Shown: in pieces, positions 6,731 to 16,021 of the stretch
How the letters are laid out: every line of letters begins with the position of its first letter
How positions within the stretch are numbered: the stretch's first letter is position 1
IMG/VR virus record: IMGVR_UViG_3300025865_000006
Location: 1-64,000 of that record
Length of the DNA stretch: 64,000 nucleotides
Direction: 5' to 3' (one strand)
From: a virus
The notes under the pieces: model-generated
Told to the model about the DNA's origin: nothing
The model's database searches: none
The model's input: the letters and a program-made list of their open reading frames with translations, nothing else
Position numbers and translations under genes: made by a program

Positions 6731-6814
6731 GGGGTTGACTTAGAAGTTCCCACGGGGGGATTAAGTTCTTGCCAAAGGAAAAACTCGGGGGGCAGCGCCC
6801 CGACAACTCCACCA
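6731..6814 (+). ncRNA. Ala-acceptor tRNA-like RNA (resembles the tmRNA tRNA-like domain, no mRNA domain)
   Basis: GGGGTTG/CAACTCC with G3:U70, A73-CCA, T-arm TCGGGG-GGCAGCG-CCCCGA. Confidence 0.65.
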
Positions 6815-6815
6815 T

Positions 6816-6892
6816 TGCGGGATAGAGAAGTGGTCTATCTCATCTGTTTCATAAGCAGCTAATCGTGGGTCCGAATCCCACTCCCGCAACCA
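6816..6892 (+). tRNA. trnM: tRNA-Met(CAT)
   Basis: TGCGGGA/TCCCGCA, loop TTCATAA, ACCA; lacks the three G-C anticodon-stem pairs of initiators. Confidence 0.82.
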
Positions 6893-6917
6893 CTCTTTCT
6901 AGTAGTGAGGTCATACG

Positions 6918-7175
6918 ATGACAGAACTTAGACACAGTAGAGATATTACTAGATTTCAAAGAGACAGAATGATTAAAAAGCGAAAGCAGAATCCCATCGC
7001 GGAGTTCTTTAATGTCCCTTACGATAACTGGTATTCCAAGCACCACTTCTCAGATTGTAGTTGTGATATGTGTAAGAGCCCAAGATATATAAGACCTAAG
7101 TTTGATTGGCGTCGTGCTTTATACGATCAAGATTACGCAACATTAGAGAAGAGAATAATACAGAACGGTTGGTAA
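6918..7175 (+). CDS. hypothetical protein
   Basis: GAGGT RBS; CSCDMC motif. Confidence 0.7.
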   Translation: MTELRHSRDITRFQRDRMIKKRKQNPIAEFFNVPYDNWYSKHHFSDCSCDMCKSPRYIRPKFDWRRALYDQDYATLEKRIIQNGW

Positions 7176-7179
7176 ACAT

Positions 7180-7206
7180 AAGCCCTGAGAAATCAGGGCT
7201 TTTTTA
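7180..7206 (+). terminator. intrinsic terminator closing the tRNA region
   Basis: AAGCCCTGA-GAAA-TCAGGGCTT followed by T-run. Confidence 0.85.
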
Positions 7207-7219
7207 TTTGGGGTTTGAA

Positions 7220-7882
7220 ATGGAAGAAGAACAGCACAAAATACCGGCAGGGTATGAAGGGAAGATAAAAAGACTTAGAAACATTCCTAGGTTCAAAGAT
7301 TTTACTGACTGGCAACTGTTTCAGATGATCTTACGTAAAGAGCAGATCAAGGAAGAACAGAAGTTAGTTACTCTTAGTGAACCTTCTGCTAAACTCGATA
7401 AGAGATTTGAGCAGAAACTTGCTAAACTACAAACAGAGTATGGAATCGATATGAACGAATCCAATGACTCAGAAGCACTAAAACAGTTAGTTAGATACCT
7501 TATCCAGCAAGAAGACTTTGATAAGGATATGACAAGTGTTAAAGAAACACTCAAAGCCGATCCTGTTAATCTTTCTAGAACGTTAAAATCTTACGGCGAC
7601 CTACAGCGCAGCCTAACAATGTCTATCAATGAATTACAGGATAGACTCGGTATTACACGGAAGGCGCGAAAGGAAAAGCAAGTAGATGATATTCCCCAGT
7701 ATATAGACTCTATCAGAACAAGGGCGCTAGAGTATTGGAAACGAACAACGACAGGAATTACTTGCCCTAGTTGCAATATAGAGTTGGCACGATACTGGCT
7801 CAATTTTCCAGACCAAGAAAGCAGTATTAATATTAATCTTGTCTGCTGGAAATGTAGTGAACAGGTAATATTTGTGAGATAG
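7220..7882 (+). CDS. putative terminase small subunit or hypothetical with C-terminal zinc ribbon
   Basis: Directly upstream of TerL; helical; CPSC...CWKC. Confidence 0.5.
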   Translation: MEEEQHKIPAGYEGKIKRLRNIPRFKDFTDWQLFQMILRKEQIKEEQKLVTLSEPSAKLDKRFEQKLAKLQTEYGIDMNESNDSEALKQLVRYLIQQEDFDKDMTSVKETLKADPVNLSRTLKSYGDLQRSLTMSINELQDRLGITRKARKEKQVDDIPQYIDSIRTRALEYWKRTTTGITCPSCNIELARYWLNFPDQESSININLVCWKCSEQVIFVR

Positions 7883-9457
7883 ATGGAAGACGAAGAAGTA
7901 TTCGAACAGGAGTGGGCGCTGGCACAAATCCTTGCGCACCCAGTCCTATTTAGAGAATTTATAAATCAGGATGATCCTAACTGGCACGGCCTAGAGTTAC
8001 ACGAAAGGGCTTGGTCAACCTGTACATCTAGCTATGTTTCAATGTGCTGTGGGCGATCTGTGCACAAAACAACCACCATGATAGAGTTACTTTATTATTG
8101 GATGGTTAATAAGATGTTTATCCCCGGTGATCCGGGGCTTTTTGTTTTGGTTCCTAATAAGGCACAGAAGGATTTGGCGTTCTTTAGAATTCGATCAGCG
8201 TGCCTTACACACTGGCTTATAAAACAGTATGGTTCCTCAATAAATGTATCCGAAGGAAAGATAGACTTCGCCAACGGGTTCCAGCTATTGATGCGTATTG
8301 CGGGTTCAGCAGGATCGGAAGCAAACGTTATTGGTGTACACACATTCCGTATATGGGTAGACGAGGCTCAGGACTTGCCGTGGAGAACATGGCTCTCCCT
8401 ACAAAACTGTCTAAAGCCTGAAATAGATGGCTACCAGATGCTAACTTCTGGTGTACCTAATGGTGAACGAAGAGAAAACGTTCTCTATACAACAGACCAG
8501 TTAGATGAGAAGTATATTAAGTTTAATGCTCCCCAAACTATTATGAGTTGGTGGACCCCCGAACTAGAATATACAAGACGAAAAGAATATTTCTCACTCC
8601 AAGAAGATTCAGAAGATTTCAAGCACTACGTTCTTGGTCAGCACGGAGTACCTACATTCTCTGTATTCGATAGAACACGATTCCTAACCGATGATTACGA
8701 AGTACAGCTAATAGTACTTAATCACCATATGTTTGAAGGGTGCAAGAGAAAGGATATTGATGGGCAGGTACGCTACCACCTAGAGGAAATCCTCGCACCA
8801 CCGCCTATAGAGCCTTACAGAGGCGCTATACCGAGAGTCGGATTGGGATATGATGTAGGGTTCTCTCCTGATCCCGGTGTCTTTTTTATCATGTATGAAG
8901 ATTTACAGACAGGTAAATGGAGGAATCTTGCCCGAATAGTTATGCAACGTGTAGAGTATGCTTTACAGAGAGAGGTATTAATCTGGCTAGATAGAATATA
9001 TAAATTTGAATTCATCGGTATTGATATGGGTGGACCGGGCAAGGTTCAGTATCAAGACCTAGCCGGTGATCTAACCCAGTATGGAGAATATAACTATATT
9101 CAAAGACTATACCCTGTAGAGTTTGGTTCCTTTATTGTTGTTGCTGTTGATGAAGACGGCGTAGAGAAAAAGGAGCAGATGAAGAAGCACTCTGTTGAGA
9201 CATTATCTAGATGGGTACAGCAAGACAGGTCTTTCGTATTCTCAAAGGATGACGATAACCTGATGGCGGAACTGGAAAGAACAAAATTCCGACGAACTAT
9301 TACAGGAGAGCCGGTCTATTTCACAGACGATGACCACCAAATGGCCGCAATGATGTGCGCTGTTATGGCATATGAAAACTCATACGGTGTTCCCGTGTTA
9401 CATTTAAAGGAAGAAGTCAAAATTAGGCTCATACCTGCTAAGTGGTTAGTGGCTTAA
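7883..9457 (+). CDS. terL: terminase large subunit
   Basis: Walker A-like GRSVHKT, Walker B IWVDEAQD, SGVPNG, nuclease GYDVG, GIDMG, DDDH; upstream of portal. Confidence 0.85.
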   Translation: MEDEEVFEQEWALAQILAHPVLFREFINQDDPNWHGLELHERAWSTCTSSYVSMCCGRSVHKTTTMIELLYYWMVNKMFIPGDPGLFVLVPNKAQKDLAFFRIRSACLTHWLIKQYGSSINVSEGKIDFANGFQLLMRIAGSAGSEANVIGVHTFRIWVDEAQDLPWRTWLSLQNCLKPEIDGYQMLTSGVPNGERRENVLYTTDQLDEKYIKFNAPQTIMSWWTPELEYTRRKEYFSLQEDSEDFKHYVLGQHGVPTFSVFDRTRFLTDDYEVQLIVLNHHMFEGCKRKDIDGQVRYHLEEILAPPPIEPYRGAIPRVGLGYDVGFSPDPGVFFIMYEDLQTGKWRNLARIVMQRVEYALQREVLIWLDRIYKFEFIGIDMGGPGKVQYQDLAGDLTQYGEYNYIQRLYPVEFGSFIVVAVDEDGVEKKEQMKKHSVETLSRWVQQDRSFVFSKDDDNLMAELERTKFRRTITGEPVYFTDDDHQMAAMMCAVMAYENSYGVPVLHLKEEVKIRLIPAKWLVA

Positions 9458-9475
9458 TAATAGGAGTGTTATATA

Positions 9476-11176
9476 GTGGAAGAGAAAGCAGTAGTTAAAC
9501 TGGCCAAAGCGTCGGTACTAAATGGCGCTACCTCTCCTTTCGAGGGGGGAGATTCATTTTATATGCCCGGTGGTATGGTAGATCAGCAGTTTCAGATAGC
9601 AGGACTATCCCCTGAGAAGCTGATTATTCCACGAAACTATCACTCCGTAATAAAGATGTGTTATGATTTCTATCAACGTGGGGGATCGGTTGGAACAGTT
9701 ATAAACCGTTTACAGGAATTCTCAATAACAGATATTAGAAACGGTCAAGTTAGAAAGACGACTGACGAGGCTAATGTTTTCTATAAGACTATTCTTACTC
9801 GTAACCCTTCTAAAATGTCTAGATTTCTTAGTAACATGGCCTTGGAATATTACCTATCAGGGCTGCTACTTCCTAGAACTGATTATCAAGAAATAAAGGG
9901 ACGTGACCTTTCTCCTGATCTAAAGCCTAACAAGACCTACAAGATGCCGACCTTTGATTGGTATCCACCCTTACTTACATACGTAGAGTGGATTGGGTGG
10001 GGAAAGCGAGCCTTCTTTGTAAAGGTACCTTCCACAGATATTAAATTGATACGCGGAAAGGACATAAAAAATCAGCAGCTTAAACAACGATTGAGTATGT
10101 ATGAAACGCAGTTTCCTATGTGGGTAGAGGATATTAGAAACGGTGCAGATAAGATTCAGATTCCTGAACCTGTTAACTATATAATGAGAAAGGAAACATC
10201 TTATAGTCCCTATCCTACCCCATATCTTTACAACGTTCTAGAGCCGCTTACATATAAGCAGCAACTTAGACGGATGGACTTTGCAGTTGCATCCCGAGTT
10301 ATCAATGCCATCCTTCTTGTTCAGGAAGGATCGGATATGTTCCCCCTTACAGAAGAGACAAGAGAGAATCTTGATGAGTTGAAGGCTCAAATTTTGGCGC
10401 GTGCCAATAATCCTAAACTCATGGAAAGACTATTCATCTTATTCTCTAACCATACCACACAACTAACGTGGATTCATCCAGACGTTTCTGCGATGTTAAA
10501 TCAGGACAAGTATCGTCAGGTTAATGAGGAACTATCCGAAGGATTAGGGTTCGCAGGAATTCTAGGCGGCGGCGGCTCGGGAGGTTCAGCGAGGGGAGCA
10601 GCAGCAGAGGTAAGTACGTGGGGAATACTCCCAATGATGGACCAGTTACGTGTTGAGTTAATAGACTGGGTTACAACGGAGTATGAACTTGTTGGGGATA
10701 TGAATGGATTTAGAAACATCCCTGTTCCTGAGTTTAGGCCCATCAAACTACAAGATGCTGTAAAGACAGCAGCGGTATTTGCTCAGGCATTTAAAGAGGG
10801 TAACATCAGTAGATCAACCAGAGATGATATGTTAGGACTTAACTTCACTTCTGAAATTGAATTAATGAAGGACGAGTTAGTCAGTATGAAAAACATGCCC
10901 CCATTCCCACCAATGCCTTATAGCCCACTTCCACCGGGAGGCGCGTTTGGGCAACCCCCACCGGGACAGGGACCGGGAGCAAAAACAATTAATGGTAGAC
11001 CAGTAGGGAAGCAGAATCCTGCGGTCAGTCCAAGGTCTACAGGCACACCTAAAATTGGTGCAGAGCTAATGGAAGATGAGGAAGTACTAAACTTAATAAA
11101 CAAGATAGCCTTATCTACGGGGATCGAGATTACAGATGAGAAGCTAGAAGCTATAGGCGGAATATTAGAAGAGTGA
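9476..11176 (+). CDS. portal protein
   Basis: 566 aa after TerL; PYPTPYL, ISRST; Pro/Gly-rich tail. Confidence 0.75.
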   Translation: MEEKAVVKLAKASVLNGATSPFEGGDSFYMPGGMVDQQFQIAGLSPEKLIIPRNYHSVIKMCYDFYQRGGSVGTVINRLQEFSITDIRNGQVRKTTDEANVFYKTILTRNPSKMSRFLSNMALEYYLSGLLLPRTDYQEIKGRDLSPDLKPNKTYKMPTFDWYPPLLTYVEWIGWGKRAFFVKVPSTDIKLIRGKDIKNQQLKQRLSMYETQFPMWVEDIRNGADKIQIPEPVNYIMRKETSYSPYPTPYLYNVLEPLTYKQQLRRMDFAVASRVINAILLVQEGSDMFPLTEETRENLDELKAQILARANNPKLMERLFILFSNHTTQLTWIHPDVSAMLNQDKYRQVNEELSEGLGFAGILGGGGSGGSARGAAAEVSTWGILPMMDQLRVELIDWVTTEYELVGDMNGFRNIPVPEFRPIKLQDAVKTAAVFAQAFKEGNISRSTRDDMLGLNFTSEIELMKDELVSMKNMPPFPPMPYSPLPPGGAFGQPPPGQGPGAKTINGRPVGKQNPAVSPRSTGTPKIGAELMEDEEVLNLINKIALSTGIEITDEKLEAIGGILEE

Positions 11177-11436
11177 AATATCCAGTAGTTGTAGTATTAT
11201 GGGAGGATCACATTCACTTTGATCGAACCCCAATATTAGAAAGCCCTAGTGCGGCATTCACAACACCTGTTCTGACAGCAGGTATTTTATATAAAGAGGA
11301 TAAGAAAGCAATCATAGTTGTATCCGATATTGAGCGATACCAGGAGTATGACGATGCATCATACACAGTCATATTAAAGAACGCTATAATCGCTACCAAG
11401 GTTTTTGGTAAGGTCAAAATAAAGTCTTTACGATAA
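11173..11436 (+). CDS. hypothetical phage protein
   Basis: GTGA overlap with portal; VVLWED motif. Confidence 0.65.
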   Translation: MKYPVVVVLWEDHIHFDRTPILESPSAAFTTPVLTAGILYKEDKKAIIVVSDIERYQEYDDASYTVILKNAIIATKVFGKVKIKSLR

Positions 11437-11516
11437 AATCGCCCAAGTTTACGATGTATTAAAGAATATTAATAGTGGGTGGCACTCACAGGTAACCATC
11501 TTTAAGGGGTGATTCA

Positions 11517-12581
11517 ATGAAGAGTTCAATTTTTAAGGTTGTGCTTGCGTCTATTGATGCTACACCAGCTATGAATAACCCATTCTTGGTTACTGCCAGA
11601 TTTATTTTTGCAGATGATCAACCGAATGAAAATAACATGGGAATTGAGTTTGATGATTTCTCTACAGTAGCGGCTAGCGCAATCAACATGCCTGTTAAGA
11701 TGAGATATCTTGGGGAGGGTGTTGGAAACCACGCTGGCTCAATCCCTATTGGGCATATCACTCATATGAGTATTGATGCTACTGGGGAAGTAAAGAAATT
11801 AATAGGCACAGCAGCACTTTATGCAGAAGAATATCCAGACGAAATAAGTTATCTTACGGATGCATTTAATGCTGGTGACGCTCCCGGTATATCTTGGGAG
11901 TTAGGATATGAGGACAGTATTTTAAAAAATGGAATACAGTGGCTTAAAGGCATAATTACAATGGCAGCCACATTTGTTAGACAGCCAGCATACGGAAAGC
12001 GAACAGCATTACTTGCTTTGGCTTCCGATCAAAAGCTAACTAACGAAGAATTGGATATTGAGATACTAAAACTTGCCGAAGTATCTGTACCTAAAGAAAA
12101 AACGGGAGGTAAAACAGTGAACGAAGAAGAACTAAAGGTAGAAGTTGAAAGACTAAAGGGAGTTCTGGCTGCAAAAGAAATAGAGTTGGCTACGAAGTCA
12201 GCAGATTTAACAACATTGCAGACTACTCACAGTTCGGTAGTAGAGGAAAACACTACGCTAAAAGAAAAAGTAGCGGCCAGTGAAAAAAGTGCACAGGCAG
12301 AAGAAAGATCAAGAAAGTACATTGAGGCTGGATTTACATTTGATGAGGATGCGCCTAAGGCCGCAGCAAAGAAGGAATTTCTTGCAAATCTCTCAGAGGA
12401 AGTATTTACAGAGTATGTTGCTGATCTTGTAACAGCAAAGGCATCGGCTAAACCCGGTTCGTCTGCGGCTGCTTCATTAAAGCTTCTGATTCCTAAGCCT
12501 ACTCTAGTAGATGGGGACAAGGAAATTACATTTGATGATCTACGTGCTCAGGTAAGAGAAGCAGCAAGATCAAATGACTAA
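11517..12581 (+). CDS. prohead protease fused to scaffold
   Basis: PNEN, H-x4-IG, GISWE, PAY; C-terminal coiled coil. Confidence 0.75.
   Translation: MKSSIFKVVLASIDATPAMNNPFLVTARFIFADDQPNENNMGIEFDDFSTVAASAINMPVKMRYLGEGVGNHAGSIPIGHITHMSIDATGEVKKLIGTAALYAEEYPDEISYLTDAFNAGDAPGISWELGYEDSILKNGIQWLKGIITMAATFVRQPAYGKRTALLALASDQKLTNEELDIEILKLAEVSVPKEKTGGKTVNEEELKVEVERLKGVLAAKEIELATKSADLTTLQTTHSSVVEENTTLKEKVAASEKSAQAEERSRKYIEAGFTFDEDAPKAAAKKEFLANLSEEVFTEYVADLVTAKASAKPGSSAAASLKLLIPKPTLVDGDKEITFDDLRAQVREAARSND
12117..12581 (+). CDS. nested in-frame scaffolding protein
   Basis: Internal GGAGGT RBS 6 nt before in-frame GTG at codon 201. Confidence 0.6.
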   Translation: MNEEELKVEVERLKGVLAAKEIELATKSADLTTLQTTHSSVVEENTTLKEKVAASEKSAQAEERSRKYIEAGFTFDEDAPKAAAKKEFLANLSEEVFTEYVADLVTAKASAKPGSSAAASLKLLIPKPTLVDGDKEITFDDLRAQVREAARSND

Positions 12582-12604
12582 ATTCAAAGGAGGTTGAAGT
12601 ATAA

Positions 12605-13237
12605 ATGGTAGACGCAATTAACACTGTTAATCGAGTACAGACACTATTCGTAGTAAATAAGTACGATGATATCGATGGCAGCCGAGTAGCACAGGAAACA
12701 CCAAGAGGCCGATTCTGCTTTAGGGGAGCGGATGGGCGAATGCATCTTCCTGCAAGTGCAGGAGAGGCAGACTTGTCTATGTACCCCGTAGATTGGGCAA
12801 AGCCGCTAAATCCCCCACCGTATTTCGATGGAGCCGGACTTAACGGAGAAACACTATATCCATTTGATGATGGTTCAAAGGATTCATCTGAGTCAACGTT
12901 CCTAATGGACCCTGATTTGGCGTATCAGACACCTTGGCCAGCAGCAATCAAGGTGTACGAGTTGCCGCCAGCACTTTATGGTATTCCAGTAACATCTGGT
13001 AACAAGTGCTTGGTGTACGACGAAGGTACGTTCACATACGGCTCTGGAAACTATACTGGTTACATTGGTGACTATGCAATAGGATCAGTCGTATACGCAG
13101 GAAACGGAGCTACAGACGGCGGAAAACTTTCATATACAGCAAACGGCGCTTCCGTAACAGTTGGAGTAGTTGTTGGGCTAGAAATTTTCGGCGCAAAGAC
13201 CGTTACTGTTAAGACTAAGGGAACAAATGGTTTATAA
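12605..13237 (+). CDS. capsid decoration/cement protein
   Basis: Strong RBS; between scaffold and major capsid; beta/Gly-rich. Confidence 0.6.
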   Translation: MVDAINTVNRVQTLFVVNKYDDIDGSRVAQETPRGRFCFRGADGRMHLPASAGEADLSMYPVDWAKPLNPPPYFDGAGLNGETLYPFDDGSKDSSESTFLMDPDLAYQTPWPAAIKVYELPPALYGIPVTSGNKCLVYDEGTFTYGSGNYTGYIGDYAIGSVVYAGNGATDGGKLSYTANGASVTVGVVVGLEIFGAKTVTVKTKGTNGL

Positions 13238-13270
13238 TAATATAAATCTAAAAAAGGAGGCGAAGACTAG

Positions 13271-14281
13271 ATGAAGAAATTAACTCCCGAATTGCGAACA
13301 GCATTAGCTGAACTAGCAAAGAAGGATAAGAACGCTTTTGCGGCAATTATTACAGAGTATGTAGACCCCGTGTATTTGTCATTTGATCTTTTGGCCCAGT
13401 TCATGGGCACTAGAGAAATGCAATTTGGCGATATCTTGGTTAAGCGATTTAAGGGCAAGTACAATGTACAGCAAATCGTTCCCGGCCAGATCACGCTAGG
13501 TCAGCAGATTCAGGTACGAGACAAGGCTTTTAGCATTAACCTCGATATCTTGTCAGCAAAGGCAGAATATAACACACTAGAATTAGAGCACGGTGGACCG
13601 TCATTCACACCGGAAACAGTCCGAAGCGACATTCAGAAGGCGCTCAACGAAAAGTTGATCCTACGAACATGGAACGCTTTAGGAAATATCTGGAATGCCG
13701 GAAATGCAGCAGCACTAACACTACCGGGTTCCGCGTTTTCTAACTTTATAGATGCCGCAGGACCACTAACTTCTACTGCTCTTGACAACGCTATTGACCA
13801 TGTTAACTACTGGTCTGGTGGAGTAAAGGCAATTATAGGGACAGAGGCAGCGTTAGCACCACTAACAACATTCGGACAGTATAAGATATTTGCAGGAAAC
13901 GTTAACGGAGTAACGGGAACAGGCGATCAGTATGTAACAATTAATGGTCAGCCCCCACTTTCATTCAATAATGTTTCACCATTTGGCAATGGCACTAAGG
14001 GTGTCGAGTCATACAGAGGCGTAAGCAATATTGTACGACTAAAGCAGATTTTCGATCAGACTGAGTATCCGCCACTTCCTCTTCTACCGTCAGATTTTGT
14101 GCTGGTAGTAGGAGACAATATCGGAGAATTCATAACTTATGGTGGCCCACAGTATAAGGAATATGTCGATAATCGACCTACCCCTCCGTACTGGAACTAT
14201 GAGACATGGATTCAGTTTGGAATGATCCTTTGGAATGCTAGAGGAATAACCAAGGTTAAGGTTACATCTCAGGTTCCGTAA
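13271..14281 (+). CDS. major capsid protein
   Basis: 336 aa, AAGGAGG RBS, synteny, followed by terminator. Confidence 0.8.
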   Translation: MKKLTPELRTALAELAKKDKNAFAAIITEYVDPVYLSFDLLAQFMGTREMQFGDILVKRFKGKYNVQQIVPGQITLGQQIQVRDKAFSINLDILSAKAEYNTLELEHGGPSFTPETVRSDIQKALNEKLILRTWNALGNIWNAGNAAALTLPGSAFSNFIDAAGPLTSTALDNAIDHVNYWSGGVKAIIGTEAALAPLTTFGQYKIFAGNVNGVTGTGDQYVTINGQPPLSFNNVSPFGNGTKGVESYRGVSNIVRLKQIFDQTEYPPLPLLPSDFVLVVGDNIGEFITYGGPQYKEYVDNRPTPPYWNYETWIQFGMILWNARGITKVKVTSQVP

Positions 14282-14320
14282 GCAGTCCCACAGTATGTGG
14301 TAATTGAATATTAGTAGATG

Positions 14321-14362
14321 GGGGCCATTCGGTCAGTTATGGCCGGATGGCCCTTTACTTTC
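14321..14362 (+). terminator. terminator after capsid gene
   Basis: GGGCCATTCGGTCA-GTTA-TGGCCGGATGGCCC + TTTACTTTC. Confidence 0.7.
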
Positions 14363-14420
14363 TTTATGTGCCGGTAGACCGGCTTGGATGCATCTTTAGG
14401 GTGCTAGGGAGATTTTTGAG

Positions 14421-14849
14421 ATGAGTGAGGAACTTACATTTTATAAGAAGAACGTACCTTTCAACGTGGGTATCAGATTTAATATACAGGACTCAACTGG
14501 AATGGTATTATCAAATGCCAACTCCTATGTTGCAATTGAGAACACCAAGTTACGCGACTTTAAGATGGCTAATAGACATGCCATTGAAAAAGGATTAATT
14601 CTTGAGTCTAAAGAACCCGCAATGAATATAGAAAATGCTAACACCATTGATGACGAACAGGCAGCAGTAATTGTTAAGAACGTATTTGTTCTTAAAAAGA
14701 AGCTGACTGAGATATCATCTGATACTGCTTTGCTTAAACTTTACACAGCGGCTAAGGCCGCGAAGCGTTCTAGCCAAGTGTTAGAAATGATTGAGAATCG
14801 TTTAGCGGAAGTATCGCCCATACTAATGCAGGGCGCAGGAGTGGAGTAA
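14421..14849 (+). CDS. hypothetical virion-associated protein
   Basis: Synteny. Confidence 0.6.
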   Translation: MSEELTFYKKNVPFNVGIRFNIQDSTGMVLSNANSYVAIENTKLRDFKMANRHAIEKGLILESKEPAMNIENANTIDDEQAAVIVKNVFVLKKKLTEISSDTALLKLYTAAKAAKRSSQVLEMIENRLAEVSPILMQGAGVE

Positions 14850-14851
14850 AT

Positions 14852-15343
14852 TTGGAAAATATGCTAGATATAGTTCCGCCCTTTAAGCGGCACCTTGGGG
14901 TATACCAAGAGGCTAAGGATACTGATTCTACTTTAGCCGCCTATCTTTCCGACGCTGTAGAGGCACTACAGTTTAGATGGTCACGAACGTATGCAATTAC
15001 TTTTATTCCACCTAACTCGTATTCGGTAGAACCGATGATTGCAAGTAAGGATAAGCGGCCTATCATATTGATGGGATCAGTTATCTATAAGATGGGTAAT
15101 CTTCAACTTGCCAACTTCCGTGATCAGGATTTCTCGTATAACCCACAACAGGGCCGACAGAACCCTATCCAAGTAGACGTTGAGGAATTGGCACGATATC
15201 TACCAATATATAGACTGGCAAAAGCCGTTACTGCCCCACTAAATGGCTACAGCAACATATACTCGTCAGAAAGTTATAACAGTTTTATCGCTGGCCTAAT
15301 GAGCGATGGTGGAGCGATTTGGGATAACTACAGCCTATTCTAA
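14852..15343 (+). CDS. putative head-tail adaptor
   Basis: Synteny; DSTLAAYLSDAV helix; FRDQDFSY. Confidence 0.55.
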   Translation: MENMLDIVPPFKRHLGVYQEAKDTDSTLAAYLSDAVEALQFRWSRTYAITFIPPNSYSVEPMIASKDKRPIILMGSVIYKMGNLQLANFRDQDFSYNPQQGRQNPIQVDVEELARYLPIYRLAKAVTAPLNGYSNIYSSESYNSFIAGLMSDGGAIWDNYSLF

Positions 15344-15358
15344 AAATGAGGTAAAGGT

Positions 15359-16012
15359 ATGGATGTTACAATTCTAGTTCCAACATATTTTGGAGCGCCC
15401 CTAGTTACTAACTGTGTTAATTCGATAATGCAGCAAGTCATAAATCCGCGCATTCTAGTCTATAAAAACGATATTGGATGGTTGAAAGCATGTAACGAAC
15501 TAATGTCTTCGACTTTAACGGATGTTATTGTATTAAACGATGATACTATTATTCTTTCTGATATTGTGCAAGAGATGAGAACCCTAGCTTATTCCGATCC
15601 CAAAATTGGAATTGTTGGGGGAAAGTCTATCTCTCCTGACGGGCAGCACGTAAATAATTATGGGATATTCATAGCACCTGACGGTAATACTGCCCATAAA
15701 TATTACGGGGAAGATAAAAGCAATGTTACCGAAGTTGTTACTCAAAAGTCTGTAGAGGGTTCCTGCATGTATATAAAACGGCAGGTAATCAATGATATAG
15801 GACTGTTCGATGAGAACTTTGGTATGGGCTATCGGGAAGAAATTGATTATTGCTATAGAGCTAGAGAGAAAGGGTATGACGTTGTATCCTGTCCCACCGC
15901 TGAGTACATACACTTGGTTGGACAAACCTCTGCAAGACTCGGTATATGGAGCAATAAGCACGAGTACTTCATGTCAAAATGGGGCGATAAACTCGCCACT
16001 GGAAAAATATAG
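15359..16012 (+). CDS. GT2 glycosyltransferase
   Basis: VTILVPTY, GWLKACN, LNDD, GSCMYI, FDENFGMGYREEIDYC. Confidence 0.9.
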   Translation: MDVTILVPTYFGAPLVTNCVNSIMQQVINPRILVYKNDIGWLKACNELMSSTLTDVIVLNDDTIILSDIVQEMRTLAYSDPKIGIVGGKSISPDGQHVNNYGIFIAPDGNTAHKYYGEDKSNVTEVVTQKSVEGSCMYIKRQVINDIGLFDENFGMGYREEIDYCYRAREKGYDVVSCPTAEYIHLVGQTSARLGIWSNKHEYFMSKWGDKLATGKI

Positions 16013-16021
16013 GAGAAGGAA

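Noticed and set aside
6731-6814. Complete or two-piece tmRNA gene
   Set aside because: Both acceptor strands lie in standard order within 84 nt and there is no tag reading frame
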